From the NCBI GenBank assembly GCA_963803975.1, contig CAWDOY010000016.1:53399-117398 (forward strand): a stretch of 64,000 nt of DNA, given 5' to 3'. Of the stretch, positions 19,683 to 29,458 are shown piece by piece. The DNA comes from an uncultured delta proteobacterium. GTDB taxonomy: Bacteria > Desulfobacterota > WTBG01 > CAIYCZ01. The translations under genes were made by a program, and so were the position numbers. Under the pieces are notes generated by a model. The model had not been told where the DNA came from. It searched no databases and worked only from the letters and a program-made list of their open reading frames with translations. How positions within the stretch are numbered: the first letter of the stretch is position 1; the number at the start of each line of letters is the position of its first letter.

Positions 19683-20957
19683 TTATGTTTTTTTTCTAAA
19701 TGCCGGGATATGCCTGGCACACAGCAGTGCGCCTGCAACGCAGGCGAGCCCGCCGAGCAGCAGGGTGTTTGGAGCTCCTATCCGGTGCGCCAGCCCCCCA
19801 GCCAGCAGGCTGCCAAAAGGCGCCATGCCCATGAAGGCCATGGTGTAAAAGCTCATCACCCGTCCCCGCTTATCATCATCCACAGTAGTCTGCAGGCTGG
19901 TATTGGACAGGGCCATCTGTACCATCAGTCCGAATCCGGTCATTAACATCAGCGCGAAAGAATATATAAACACCCGGGAAAAAGAAAACGCGATAAGGCC
20001 GGTGCCGAAGATAGCCGCTGCCACGGGAATAAGCCTGCCGGTTCCGGAAAAATCCCTGCGCGAGGCGAGAAAAAGGGCGCCGGTCAGCGCGCCGATCCCT
20101 GATGCAGCCATAAGAAAGCCAAGGGTTGACGGCCCGCCGTGCAGTATCTCCTTGGCAAAAATGGGCATGAGCACAACATAGGGCATTCCCACCAGGCTGA
20201 CGAGTGCGACCAGCAGCAACAGCGAGCGGATAGGGACATGGTTGTAGACATAGGTGAACCCTTCCCTGAGTTCCTGGAGAACAGGGGTCTTCTGCACGGT
20301 ATGCTCCTTGGGGGTAATGGTCATGGCCCTGAGCGCGGCGATGATGGCCAGGTAGGACAGTCCGTTAATGAGAAAACATATTCCCTCCCCGGTTGCGGCA
20401 ATTATAATTCCCGCAAGAGACGGACCAATCAGCCGCGAGCCGTTAAAAATTGCCGAGTTAAGTGCAATGGCATTGCCCAGATCCTCTTTCTGCTCGATCA
20501 TGTCAACAACGAATGACTGCCGTGCCGGCGCGTCAAATGCGTTCACCAGACCGGAAAAGAACGCCAGCGCCAGCAGATGCCACACTTCCACCGCGCCGCT
20601 CAGCACCAGCCCTGCCAGGGTCAGCGACTGCAGCATGAGCAGCGCCTGCGTGCAGATCAGCATGGAGCGGCGGTTCCACCGGTCCGCGTACACTCCGGCA
20701 ATAGGGGACAGGATAAAGGAGGGGATTTGATTAACAAAACCAATAACGCCCAGCATCATTGCCGAATTGGTCAGGCGGTAGACCAGCCAGCTCATGGCAA
20801 CCGACTGCATCCACATGCCGATCAGAGAAACACCCTGGCCGACAAAAAAGAGCCGGTAATTTTTATACTTTAAGGCCCGCAGAATCAGCTTTAAGCCGAA
20901 AGGTTCATACGCGCCTGCCGGTTCCCTGCCATCACCTGTAATTAAGCCGTTTGCCAC
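19683..20957 (-). CDS. MFS transporter
   Basis: NYRLFFVGQ.VS.IG.WMQ, GVYADRWNRR, RGRVMS; about 12 TMs. Confidence 0.93.
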   Translation of the reverse strand: MANGLITGDGREPAGAYEPFGLKLILRALKYKNYRLFFVGQGVSLIGMWMQSVAMSWLVYRLTNSAMMLGVIGFVNQIPSFILSPIAGVYADRWNRRSMLICTQALLMLQSLTLAGLVLSGAVEVWHLLALAFFSGLVNAFDAPARQSFVVDMIEQKEDLGNAIALNSAIFNGSRLIGPSLAGIIIAATGEGICFLINGLSYLAIIAALRAMTITPKEHTVQKTPVLQELREGFTYVYNHVPIRSLLLLVALVSLVGMPYVVLMPIFAKEILHGGPSTLGFLMAASGIGALTGALFLASRRDFSGTGRLIPVAAAIFGTGLIAFSFSRVFIYSFALMLMTGFGLMVQMALSNTSLQTTVDDDKRGRVMSFYTMAFMGMAPFGSLLAGGLAHRIGAPNTLLLGGLACVAGALLCARHIPAFRKKT

Positions 20958-21267
20958 TGTTACTGCTGCCTTTCCGGGTCAGTTTGAGAACGCTGTTCTA
21001 CCGTTGTAAGACCGTAATCTGCACGCAGGGCAGATAATTATACAATATCAATACTACCATATTTTTCAGCAAACCTGTAGCGATAGAATAGTGCAGCATT
21101 ACCGTGCCGGAGCGTGTCGTGACTGTTTTAGGAAAAATAAGAAAAAAAGCCTATTTTGGGCTTGAGTTACGGATAAAAAAGGTTTATATTTTCAACACGG
21201 TTAACTTTCTATACCGATATCTATTAGATTATCTCGAGGAGAAAAAGAATAAACCATGGAGTTAAGC

Positions 21268-21321
21268 ATGGAAGACGACCCTGCGGATACAACCTTGATC
21301 GGGAGGCACAGACTTTTATAG
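21268..21321 (+). CDS. Putative 17-aa leader peptide MEDDPADTTLIGRHRLL
   Basis: GGAG 6 nt upstream; overlaps the anti-terminator arm upstream of the Mg transporter (in-frame ATG also at 21256). Confidence 0.55.
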   Translation: MEDDPADTTLIGRHRLL

Positions 21322-21377
21322 CATGACTATATAGGTATAGCACACCGCCTCCTGTATCAATACAAGGAGGCTTTTTT
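21295..21377 (+). promoter_or_regulatory. Attenuator: SD-sequestering terminator hairpin with a competing anti-terminator
   Basis: GCCTCCTGTA/TACAAGGAGGC + T6 immediately before the ATG; TTGATCGGGAGGC (21295-21307) is complementary to the 5' arm GCCTCCTGTATCAA. Confidence 0.7.
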
Positions 21378-22742
21378 ATGAAAAATCCACTGCTCGTACC
21401 AGAGTTTCGCGAAATGCTCGCAGCAAACAATTTCGAAGAGCTGCAGAGCTTCTGCGAATCAACCCCGCCAGCAGTTGTAGCAGACTTCCTCGGAGCCATG
21501 ACTCCGCAGGAGGTGTGGGAAATACTACTCACTATATCCCCGGAAACACGCTCTCTTATTTTCAGCAGTTTTGATGAGGATGTCAGGATTGATCTGCTTG
21601 AGGTCCTGCACCATGATGAGCTCGTTGATGTTATTGCCAACCTGCCGGATGAGCAGCGGCTCAGCTTTATTCAGGAACTCCCCCTGGACATAGTAAAAAA
21701 ACTGAACTCATCTCTGCTTACGCTCCAGCCTGCAGAAGCAGCGCCGGCGCTAAAGCTTGTTGACGGCGCAACTGCACCGGCAGAGATGCGCATTCCGGCG
21801 ACCATCGAAGGTGTTGCTATCTACAACACCATCAATAGCAAGCTGCACCAGATCGACGCCATCGGGCGGCACAGCTGGATCAATGTTGTCAACCCGAAAC
21901 AGGAGGAGCTGTCCTTTCTCTCCCGGCAGTTCAGTATCCCCATGGACTTTCTGATGGCATCACTTGATATTGATGAGCGGGCGCGCATCGAGGTTGAGGA
22001 TGACGCAACCCTCATCATCTTGAAAATCCCGGTCTTTGATGAAAGCAATCCTGATGTTTTATATGTTACGCTGCCCATAGGCATCATCCTGCTCAAAGAC
22101 CGCATTATTACGGTATGCGCCAAGGAAACTGATATTCTCGCTGATTTTATTGATAACAAGATAAAGCATTTCTCAACCGCCAATGTTCACCGGTTTATCC
22201 TGCAGATATTTCTGCGCACCGTGCTCATGTACCTGCAGTATTTAAAGCAGATACATAACGCAAGCAACATTATCCAGAAAAAGGTCGAGCAGGCATCTAA
22301 AAACCAGCAGCTTATCAAACTACTGAATATCGAGAAGAGCCTCGTCTACTTTACCACGTCGCTGAAATCAAACCAGCTCATGCTGGAACGGCTGCAGAAG
22401 ATGAAAATCCTGAAGATGGACGAGGAAAATGAAGACCTGTTTGAAGATATAATAACGGAGAGCAAGCAGGCAATCGAAATGGCAAACGTTTACAGTGACA
22501 TCTTAAGCGGCATGATGGATGCCTTTGCCTCGATTATCTCAAATAATTTAAACATCGTGATGAAAATCCTTACCCTCATCACCATCATCCTGTCGATACC
22601 CGTGGTATTTTCCAGCCTCTACGGGATGAATGTGAAGCTGCCCTTCCAGGAATCGCCATTTGCTTTCTTAATCGTAATAGGCAGCTCTCTGGTGCTGGCG
22701 CTTATCGGCATTCTTATCTTTATCAGGAACAAATGGCTTTGA
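21378..22742 (+). CDS. corA: CorA family Mg2+ transporter with N-terminal MgtE_N-like domain
   Basis: YGMN motif, two C-terminal TMs, DERARIE, ISNNLN; N-terminal PAVVADFL helical region. Confidence 0.88.
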   Translation: MKNPLLVPEFREMLAANNFEELQSFCESTPPAVVADFLGAMTPQEVWEILLTISPETRSLIFSSFDEDVRIDLLEVLHHDELVDVIANLPDEQRLSFIQELPLDIVKKLNSSLLTLQPAEAAPALKLVDGATAPAEMRIPATIEGVAIYNTINSKLHQIDAIGRHSWINVVNPKQEELSFLSRQFSIPMDFLMASLDIDERARIEVEDDATLIILKIPVFDESNPDVLYVTLPIGIILLKDRIITVCAKETDILADFIDNKIKHFSTANVHRFILQIFLRTVLMYLQYLKQIHNASNIIQKKVEQASKNQQLIKLLNIEKSLVYFTTSLKSNQLMLERLQKMKILKMDEENEDLFEDIITESKQAIEMANVYSDILSGMMDAFASIISNNLNIVMKILTLITIILSIPVVFSSLYGMNVKLPFQESPFAFLIVIGSSLVLALIGILIFIRNKWL

Positions 22743-22840
22743 AACAGGGGGATTGCCGGGGCAGGTAATTTCAGGGATGTTACCGGGAGGGCAGCAGGGT
22801 TCAGGGGCGCTCAACCCGGCTGCCCTGAGGTGATGGCAGT

Positions 22841-23539
22841 TTATTCAGATGAGAGGAAATTTTTGTAGCGCCGTTTAGCCCACACGGTCGCGCCGAGCGC
22901 AACAGCTGCAGCGCCTGCCAGCAGCAGGACACTCCACGCATCGGGTTTTATCAGCGTTTTTTCCACGCTGTATTCAAGTGCCGTCATGATAACCACACCG
23001 GGCAGCAGCCCCACCAGCGTCCCTGCCATATAGTCCCGGAAACGCATGCGAAAAGCACCTGCCACCAGGTTGACCACCGTGTACGGGGCAGCCGGCAGAA
23101 AGCGAAACAAGGCAACCATGAGAAACCCGTGCTGCATAAGCCTGCTCTCTATGGCGCGGGCCCTGCTGCCGGCAATGCGGGACACGGTTTCGCTGCCCAT
23201 GCCCCGGCCGATTACATAGCACAGGCCAGCACTCGCCAGGCAGCCCAGCAGCGCGTATGCCGGCCCGAGAAACGGGCCGTAGATGAGGGCGGTGACGGGA
23301 ATAAGGACCACAATGGGGAACATGACCAGCCCGCCGAGCACATACACGGCAATAACCTGGAGCGGCCCGAAGGCCCCGGCGCTTAAGTCCTTCATAAACG
23401 GCAGCACGCTCGCCGGGTCGGCGAAGCTTTTAAGCGGCGTCCAGTGCCATGCCGCGGCAAGGCCGCAGAGGGCGAGCAGCACGCCGAAGAGCTGCAGCAG
23501 CTTTACGGTTTCAGGTTTTTGCGAAAAGAGATCAGACAT
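22841..23539 (-). CDS. TVP38/TMEM64 (VTT/DedA) family membrane protein
   Basis: YVIGRGMG, FRFLPAAPYTVVNLVAG, YMAGTLVGLLPG. Confidence 0.88.
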   Translation of the reverse strand: MSDLFSQKPETVKLLQLFGVLLALCGLAAAWHWTPLKSFADPASVLPFMKDLSAGAFGPLQVIAVYVLGGLVMFPIVVLIPVTALIYGPFLGPAYALLGCLASAGLCYVIGRGMGSETVSRIAGSRARAIESRLMQHGFLMVALFRFLPAAPYTVVNLVAGAFRMRFRDYMAGTLVGLLPGVVIMTALEYSVEKTLIKPDAWSVLLLAGAAAVALGATVWAKRRYKNFLSSE

Positions 23540-23571
23540 TTTCCCTGTATGCCTTTTTAAAGTACTACTAA

Positions 23572-23722
23572 CAGGTTGTTGAAAAAATAATCTTTTCCAG
23601 GCTGGTTAAAAACATCCAGATGCAAGGCGCGCGAAATCCTGAGGAATGAGTCGTACATTACCGTACGTCGCAATGACGAAGGATGAGCGCAACGAAGCAG
23701 ATGGGTGTTTTTCAGCAGCCTG
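23572..23722 (-). mobile_element. MITE-like element, copy 1
   Basis: TIRs CAGGTTGTTGAAAAA / TTTTTCAGCAGCCTG; CTAA on both sides; close homolog at 31496-31647. Confidence 0.8.
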
Positions 23723-23834
23723 CTAAAAAGTATGATATGATACATGCTCCAATGTCAATCCATATCTTTTGTTTCCTCCTTGACACCTTCAAAGCTCCCA
23801 TATATTAATTGATATAACGTAATTGCCGGAAACG

Positions 23835-23930
23835 CTCCTCCCCATTGATGGGGGAGGTCGGGGTGGGGGTGATTGAAATAAATTTCCGCCTCACACCCTC
23901 CCCGTTTTCCCCTCCCATCGAGGGCGGGAA
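23835..23930. repeat. REP-like GC-rich paired palindromes
   Basis: CCTCCCCAT..ATGGGGGAGG..GGGGTGGGGGTGA then TCACACCCTCCCCG..CCCCTCCC..GAGGGCGGG. Confidence 0.6.
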
Positions 23931-24101
23931 AGGTTTGGGGAACCCCCGCAGATTGTTGCGAGGAACTGAAGCACAGCGATAGCCATACAGCTGTATGATG
24001 AACTCCACACGCTAAATACTCAATGTCTGAGAATAAGTAAAATTAAAAATTCACATAACCAGACTTCCGATAAAGAAACAGCTTCTTTTGGCTTTCAGCA
24101 G

Positions 24102-24809
24102 GTGTTGGTGAAGGAAAAGGCACACCTGGTGCAGCGCCATTTTGACTCCATCGCCGCTAAATATGACTTCATGAACACCCTGCTGAGCTTTGGCCTTCAC
24201 TACCTGTGGAAGAGGGCAGCCGTGAAGATGATGAAGCTGCAGCCGGGGAGCCGGGTCATAGATGTGTGCGGCGGCACCGCTGACCTTGCCATCCTTGCGG
24301 CACGCTGCGTGGGCCCGGAGGGCAGGGTCATAGTCTATGATTTCAACCGGGCCATGATGGAGGCGGGAAAAGAGAAGGTGCATACTGCGCTGCTTGATGC
24401 CCGGATAAAATATATTCAAGGGGATGCCGAGCAGATTTCGTTTCCGGACGGGCAGTTCGACGCGGCCATGGTGGGGTTCGGCATCAGGAACCTCACCCAC
24501 ATGGAAAAAGGCTTTGCGGAGATGTACCGGGTGCTGAAGCCCGGCGGCACACTCATGTGCCTGGAGTTTTCCCGGCCGGCAAATCCTCTGTTCAGATTCC
24601 TGTATGATACCTATTCATTTTATATCATGCCGATCATTGGAAAGATTTTTACCGGCTCCCGCACGGCCTATACCTACCTGCCCGAATCAATCCGTCTGTT
24701 CCCGCAGCCGGATGAGCTGAGCGCGATATTACGGAACATCGGTTTCTCTACGGTCACCTGGCGCAGGCTCACCAATGGCATTGCTGTCGTGCATGTGGGG
24801 GTGAAATAG
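24102..24809 (+). CDS. ubiE: Demethylmenaquinone methyltransferase (UbiE/MenG); true start probably upstream (about 24023, frameshifted)
   Basis: YDFMNTLLSFGLH..WK, DVCGGTAD, FGIRNLT, RVLKPGG, YTYLPESI; in-frame TASFGFQQV lies upstream of the annotated start. Confidence 0.93.
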   Translation: MLVKEKAHLVQRHFDSIAAKYDFMNTLLSFGLHYLWKRAAVKMMKLQPGSRVIDVCGGTADLAILAARCVGPEGRVIVYDFNRAMMEAGKEKVHTALLDARIKYIQGDAEQISFPDGQFDAAMVGFGIRNLTHMEKGFAEMYRVLKPGGTLMCLEFSRPANPLFRFLYDTYSFYIMPIIGKIFTGSRTAYTYLPESIRLFPQPDELSAILRNIGFSTVTWRRLTNGIAVVHVGVK

Positions 24810-24820
24810 AACCTCCTGAG

Positions 24821-24849
24821 AAGCGGTGTCGGCAATGGCCCCGCTTTTT
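24821..24849 (+). repeat. Direct repeat / terminator, left border of the TA islet
   Basis: AAGCGGTGTCGGCAATGGCCCCGCTTTTT. Confidence 0.8.
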
Positions 24850-24942
24850 AAGTTGCATATATGCGCAACAATAATCTTTTACTTGAAAAAAACAAGGTTT
24901 GTAAATAGAATATAACTAACAGCTTATAGAAGGGAATGTCTG

Positions 24943-25170
24943 GTGCAGATAATATTTTCACGTCATGCCAAAAGGAGAGCAAGACTTTATAAAATACCAG
25001 AATCAAGAATACGGGACATTGTGAGGAATGCTGAATTGTCCCAAGGTAGAAATGAAATCACAAAAAAGATAGCAGGTTTTAAGTATCCTCTTAAAATAGC
25101 TGTGCAGGTTGAAAGAAGTATAATAACAGTGATAACAAATTATCCTTTTAAGAAGGGGCAAAAAAAATGA
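24943..25170 (+). CDS. DUF4258-like putative RNase toxin
   Basis: IIFSRHAKRR...VITNYP; overlaps the DUF2283 gene. Confidence 0.7.
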   Translation: MQIIFSRHAKRRARLYKIPESRIRDIVRNAELSQGRNEITKKIAGFKYPLKIAVQVERSIITVITNYPFKKGQKK

Positions 25171-25394
25171 AGGTATATTATGATAAGGAAGTAGATGCGT
25201 TATATATAAAACTGGGGGTAAAACTGCCGGATGGTGTTGTGGAAATTTCAGAGGGGGTTAATTTAGACACAACAGCAGAAGGCAAACTTGTCGGCATAGA
25301 AATCCTTAATGCTTCTAAAAAAATGAATATTAAAACTATATTATCTTACACCCTTGAATTTGATAAGAAAACACTTTCGCAAAAGGTTGCTTGA
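25167..25394 (+). CDS. DUF2283 domain protein (putative antitoxin)
   Basis: MKVYYDKEVDALYIKL...LD....GKLVGIEILNASK. Confidence 0.9.
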   Translation: MKVYYDKEVDALYIKLGVKLPDGVVEISEGVNLDTTAEGKLVGIEILNASKKMNIKTILSYTLEFDKKTLSQKVA

Positions 25395-25411
25395 CAATGC
25401 ATGCCATTTGA

Positions 25412-25573
25412 AAAATCCTATTAATAAAGTTCAAGAATGATCACTTGCTGGAATTAGCCATTGCCTCACGAACAAAGATTATTGTGACGCACAATATAAA
25501 AGATTTCAAAGGGGCGGAAGGCTTTGGGATACGATCAATAACCCCGAGGGAACTCCTGGAGGAGATAGTATGA
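25412..25573 (+). pseudogene. C-terminal remnant of a PIN-domain toxin
   Basis: DHLLELAIAS..KIIVTHNIKDFKG.EGFGI..ITPRELL; no N-terminus; stop overlaps the next ATG. Confidence 0.75.
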
Positions 25574-25806
25574 GCGCTTTAAGTTTGCGATTGCCGCAAT
25601 CAATACACCACCATATCAGGGAAATTGCCAGAAAGGAGGGTGTATCAATTAACCAGTTTATTTCCTCGGCAGTATCAGAAAAAATATCTGCTTTGATGAC
25701 GGAAGACTATTTGAAGAAAAGAGCTAAAAGAGCAAAGAAAGAAGATTTTAGAAAAGTATTAGCTAAGGTTCCAGGCCGCAAGCCGCTTTCCGGCGATGAG
25801 CTGTAG
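25570..25806 (+). CDS. Ribbon-helix-helix (HicB-like) antitoxin
   Basis: LSLRLP.SIH..I...A.KEGVSINQFI..AV.EK. Confidence 0.85.
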   Translation: MSALSLRLPQSIHHHIREIARKEGVSINQFISSAVSEKISALMTEDYLKKRAKRAKKEDFRKVLAKVPGRKPLSGDEL

Positions 25807-25860
25807 TGTTCAGCTCACAGTGCATTCCAGGAACATAAGGACAAAAGCGCATATTTTATA

Positions 25861-25889
25861 AAGCGGTGCCGGCAATGGCCCCGCTTTTT
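25861..25889 (+). repeat. Direct repeat / terminator, right border of the TA islet
   Basis: AAGCGGTGCCGGCAATGGCCCCGCTTTTT, one mismatch to the left copy. Confidence 0.8.
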
Positions 25890-26016
25890 TTGCTATTGAA
25901 TATGCGACGTAGGTAACGGTAACAAGATGAAAAATATAATTGCAGGAACTAAAAACTGATGAAACTGAACTGGGCAGAGCGGTGGGCGGTCCGCTTGCAG
26001 CCGCCCGTTCTTGCCT

Positions 26017-26481
26017 CTATTGTTTTTGCTGTTTTATAAAATCCTCCAGTATGATCGCGGCTGCCAGTGAGTCAATCTGCCGGGGATCGACTTTGAAATT
26101 ATAGCGCGCAGAACTTTTCATGCGCTCTTCCGCTTCAAACGATGAGAGTGACTCATCCTGCCGGTACAGGGGTACGGGTTTCAGGGCTGCCTCAAGCTTT
26201 TCCCCAAAGGCCAGTATGCGCCTGGTCATGGTTGTTTCCTTGCCGTCCAGCAGCCGGGGCACGCCCAGCACCACCGCGGTAACTGATTCCTCCCGCACCA
26301 TGCGCAGCAGATCCTGCAGCAGCGCCGTATCGCTTTTGTAATTAAGCCGGGCATAGGGCAGGGGATAGGGGTCCTGTGCGGGAGAAAACATTGCCAGCCC
26401 TACAGCTTTTGTTCCGTAATCGACTGACAGTAGCTTCTGGCCGATTGATTGCGCGGGTTCTTTCGGGTCTGTGGAAGACAT
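26017..26481 (-). CDS. ruvX: YqgF/RuvX family pre-16S rRNA nuclease
   Basis: DYGTKAVGLA, VLGVP, QDESLSS.EA, IDSLAAAIILE. Confidence 0.9.
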   Translation of the reverse strand: MSSTDPKEPAQSIGQKLLSVDYGTKAVGLAMFSPAQDPYPLPYARLNYKSDTALLQDLLRMVREESVTAVVLGVPRLLDGKETTMTRRILAFGEKLEAALKPVPLYRQDESLSSFEAEERMKSSARYNFKVDPRQIDSLAAAIILEDFIKQQKQ

Positions 26482-26604
26482 GGAGCATATATAATACGCC
26501 GAGAGGACGGGGGCAAGAATTTTTAATGCCTCGATTGAAGTGCTATCCCCCGCAGAATACCCTGTACCGGGTTGATTGTGGCAGGGAGTTTACCTGTCAC
26601 TCCG

Positions 26605-28455
26605 TCATATTAAACACTTTCCCTTCATTGTATGTGGCTGACCAAGGCCGGCAGCCTTCAGAACCGTGGGAGCAATATCGAGGCTTTGCGGGTTAGTTTT
26701 TTTTATCCTGTAATTGGAAAACAATATACCGGATACTAACGAAGGGTCGACAATGTGGTCACCGCTCCATTTTTTCAGGTTGGGCTCTAAAAGACTCCGG
26801 GGAGCTCCCCCGATTGCTGTCTGCCAGCTCATACGGTAACCCGTATTAAAACCAACGACCAGATCAGGTGCTGCTGCACGATATTCACCGTTGTATAGGG
26901 CATCCGCAGCATACATCTGTTTGATAACGCTGTCCAAAGAGGAGGGATCTTTAAGAGCTTGCAGGCCCTGAGCAATCTTTCTTGCCAGCGTTGCCGCCTC
27001 GCTGCCGGGCTGTACAATGCCGCGACCCTCTCTTCCCTTGAGGTTTAGATAGATGCTTGAGAACCCCAGAGAATATGCTGCGGTTTTACTCCAGTCAACA
27101 TGTCTGAACAAAGCTCCGCCCTCTTTATCTTCAGGGTCAGGTTTCTCACGAAGCACCATGTAGCTGTTTTCGATAAGCCAGCGATTCAGATTGACCCCCT
27201 GGCGAAAGGTAGTAAAACCATGGTCTGACAGGATAAGCAGCAGTGTTTTATCATCAACATGACCGCGCATGATTTCGCCGATGATGCGGTCCGCCCGCTT
27301 GTAATAATCGCGAATAATGCCACCGTACTTTTGCGCGCCTTTTTTTTCGTACAGCGGATGTCCCGTATCTTCAAACCGCCAGAAGATGTGCTGTATCCGG
27401 TCCGTGGTATCTATGACAAAGGCGCATACACCTTCCCGGAATTTGCTGAGCGTGTAGTGCAGCATTTTCTCGCGCTCATCCATGATCTGCGCACACATAT
27501 CAATAAAGGCATCATCGCTGATCACTCCTTCCGTGAGGGGCTTGGTATCCTCGGGAATGCCCTGGGTATAATAAGGCCCGCCGACAGCATCAGCAAGCTC
27601 CCGGGAAAATCCTTCAGGAGCTGATATGCTGAAACGCGGGTTAACGGGATTAATCTGGAGCGGGGAGAGATAGATGGTTATATGGGGGTCAATGCTGACA
27701 AGATAAAACCTGGCGGCCGCGGAGATTCTGCGTGAACCTTTGACGGGAAACTCCAGCTCTATCCAGCCTGACCATTCTCCCGGCCGCAGGGAGAAGGTCT
27801 GGTGTGCAACCATAATGCTGATAGCGGTTTTATCGCTGGTGATAATTTTTATAGGAATGGCTGCTTCCCTTCCCTGTTCATTATACGGGCCGCTGATCTC
27901 TGCCTCAGCTGTCGCGCCGTTAAAAAGCAGGCGGACGACCTTATCTGCTCCCTCAACTGTTTTATCCGGGAGCCTGGTTGAGAAGCAGGTGTATCGTCCC
28001 AGCTCTCCTCTTATATCAGGCACGCCAAGGCCGGACAGTACGGTGCTGCTGCCTGCAGCCGGAGGAAAGGTCATGGGCCAGCGCAGGGCATATGACGGGA
28101 TGCCTGCTGCTGCCGTGTATTCCCAGAAAAACTTTGCCTGGCAGGGCGGTTCAAAAACCGTTTCCCTGCTGCCTGAACAATTTTTGCGGCCGGGTTGCAG
28201 AATTGACAGCTCCGGCAGATAATTTTTCTGATTGCGCTGAATGAAATCAAAGATGCCGTGGGTGCCTGAGTCGGTTCCCGTTCCGATATCACACCAGGCC
28301 ACCGGGCTCTGGGGCGGGTTTGAGGTAGAGAGCCGGGCATATGACCCCTGCTGTCTGAGCGCAGCGAGGTTGGGAAGGTCTCCCTCCTGCATATAGTGCT
28401 CAGCAAGCCGGGGATCCATTCCATCAATCCCGAGAACGATTATTCTTTTATACAT
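26605..28455 (-). CDS. Alkaline phosphatase superfamily (type I phosphodiesterase/NPP-like) protein
   Basis: VLGIDGMD, PPQSPVAW...TG, DRIQH, ILSDHGF, SGDH, DIAPTVL. Confidence 0.88.
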   Translation of the reverse strand: MYKRIIVLGIDGMDPRLAEHYMQEGDLPNLAALRQQGSYARLSTSNPPQSPVAWCDIGTGTDSGTHGIFDFIQRNQKNYLPELSILQPGRKNCSGSRETVFEPPCQAKFFWEYTAAAGIPSYALRWPMTFPPAAGSSTVLSGLGVPDIRGELGRYTCFSTRLPDKTVEGADKVVRLLFNGATAEAEISGPYNEQGREAAIPIKIITSDKTAISIMVAHQTFSLRPGEWSGWIELEFPVKGSRRISAAARFYLVSIDPHITIYLSPLQINPVNPRFSISAPEGFSRELADAVGGPYYTQGIPEDTKPLTEGVISDDAFIDMCAQIMDEREKMLHYTLSKFREGVCAFVIDTTDRIQHIFWRFEDTGHPLYEKKGAQKYGGIIRDYYKRADRIIGEIMRGHVDDKTLLLILSDHGFTTFRQGVNLNRWLIENSYMVLREKPDPEDKEGGALFRHVDWSKTAAYSLGFSSIYLNLKGREGRGIVQPGSEAATLARKIAQGLQALKDPSSLDSVIKQMYAADALYNGEYRAAAPDLVVGFNTGYRMSWQTAIGGAPRSLLEPNLKKWSGDHIVDPSLVSGILFSNYRIKKTNPQSLDIAPTVLKAAGLGQPHTMKGKCLI

Positions 28456-28503
28456 TATGAAATAACGGGTTCAATTGACTGCAGTTTTGCTGCCAATGAG
28501 TTA

Positions 28504-29458
28504 TTATTTATCGGCAGCAGTGCCTGCCGGTTTAGACCTGGTTTTGTCTGTCTGAGGGAACATGAGTGAAGCGATGATGGAAACAATCAGTGTCAGGGCA
28601 ACTACCCCCAGGGCGACTGTCACCGGAATTTCGTAGACATTGCTGAGAAGCATTTTGACCCCGACAAAAGCAAGGATCACTGAAAGGCCGAGGTTGAGGT
28701 AGTGGAACAGCTCCATGACCCCTGCCAGGGCAAAATAGAGCGCGCGCAGCCCCAGGATGGCGAATACGTTTGATGTGTAGACAATGAATGGGTCGGTAGT
28801 GATTGCAAGTATGGCAGGGATGGAATCCAGGGCAAAGACCACATCGGTTGTTTCAATGACCAGCAGCACCACAAACAGCGGGGTTGCCAGAGCTTTTTTG
28901 TTTTTTCTGATAAAAAATTTACCCTCTACGTAGTTTTCCGTGATTGGCATCAATTTTCGGAACAGTAACGAGCACCGGGTTCTTCTCCGGATGGATCTCC
29001 TTTTCCTTTTCGAAAGCCATCTTGACCGCGATGATGATCAGAAAGACGCCAAACACATATATTATCCAGTGAAACATGTTGATAAGGGCGACACCGGTAG
29101 CAATAAAAATGGCGCGCATGATCAATGCGCCGAGGATACCCCAGAAAAGGACTTTATACTGATACTGGGAAGCGACGCGAAAATAGGAAAACACCATCAG
29201 GAAGACAAAAAGATTATCCACGCTGAGGGAGCGCTCAATCAGGTACCCGGTCAGAAACTGCAGAGCGGTATCCGTTCCGCGCCAGAAATAAATTACCACA
29301 TTAAAGAGCAGCGCCACTACAATCCAGATAGCACTCCACCACAGAGCTTCCTTAATCTTAATGGTGCGCGCCCCCCGGTGAAATACGCCGAGGTCCACGG
29401 CGAGCAGTATCAGCACTAAGATATTGAAACCAACCCACAAAAGTATCTGGTGTGACAT
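28504..29458 (-). CDS. TerC/Alx family membrane protein, frameshift near 28965
   Basis: GYLIERSLSVDNLFVF and ETTDVVFALDSIPA..SNVFAILGLRALYF lie in two frames. Confidence 0.9.

Noticed and set aside
21150..21377. M-box (ykoK) riboswitch upstream of corA
   Set aside because: No recognisable M-box core; the uORF/attenuator explains the pairing. An Rfam scan would settle it
23557..23745. ORFs 23557-23745 and 31482-31685 sharing RLLKNTHLLRCAHPSSLRRT
   Set aside because: They are translations of the MITE-like repeat; no sign of real genes
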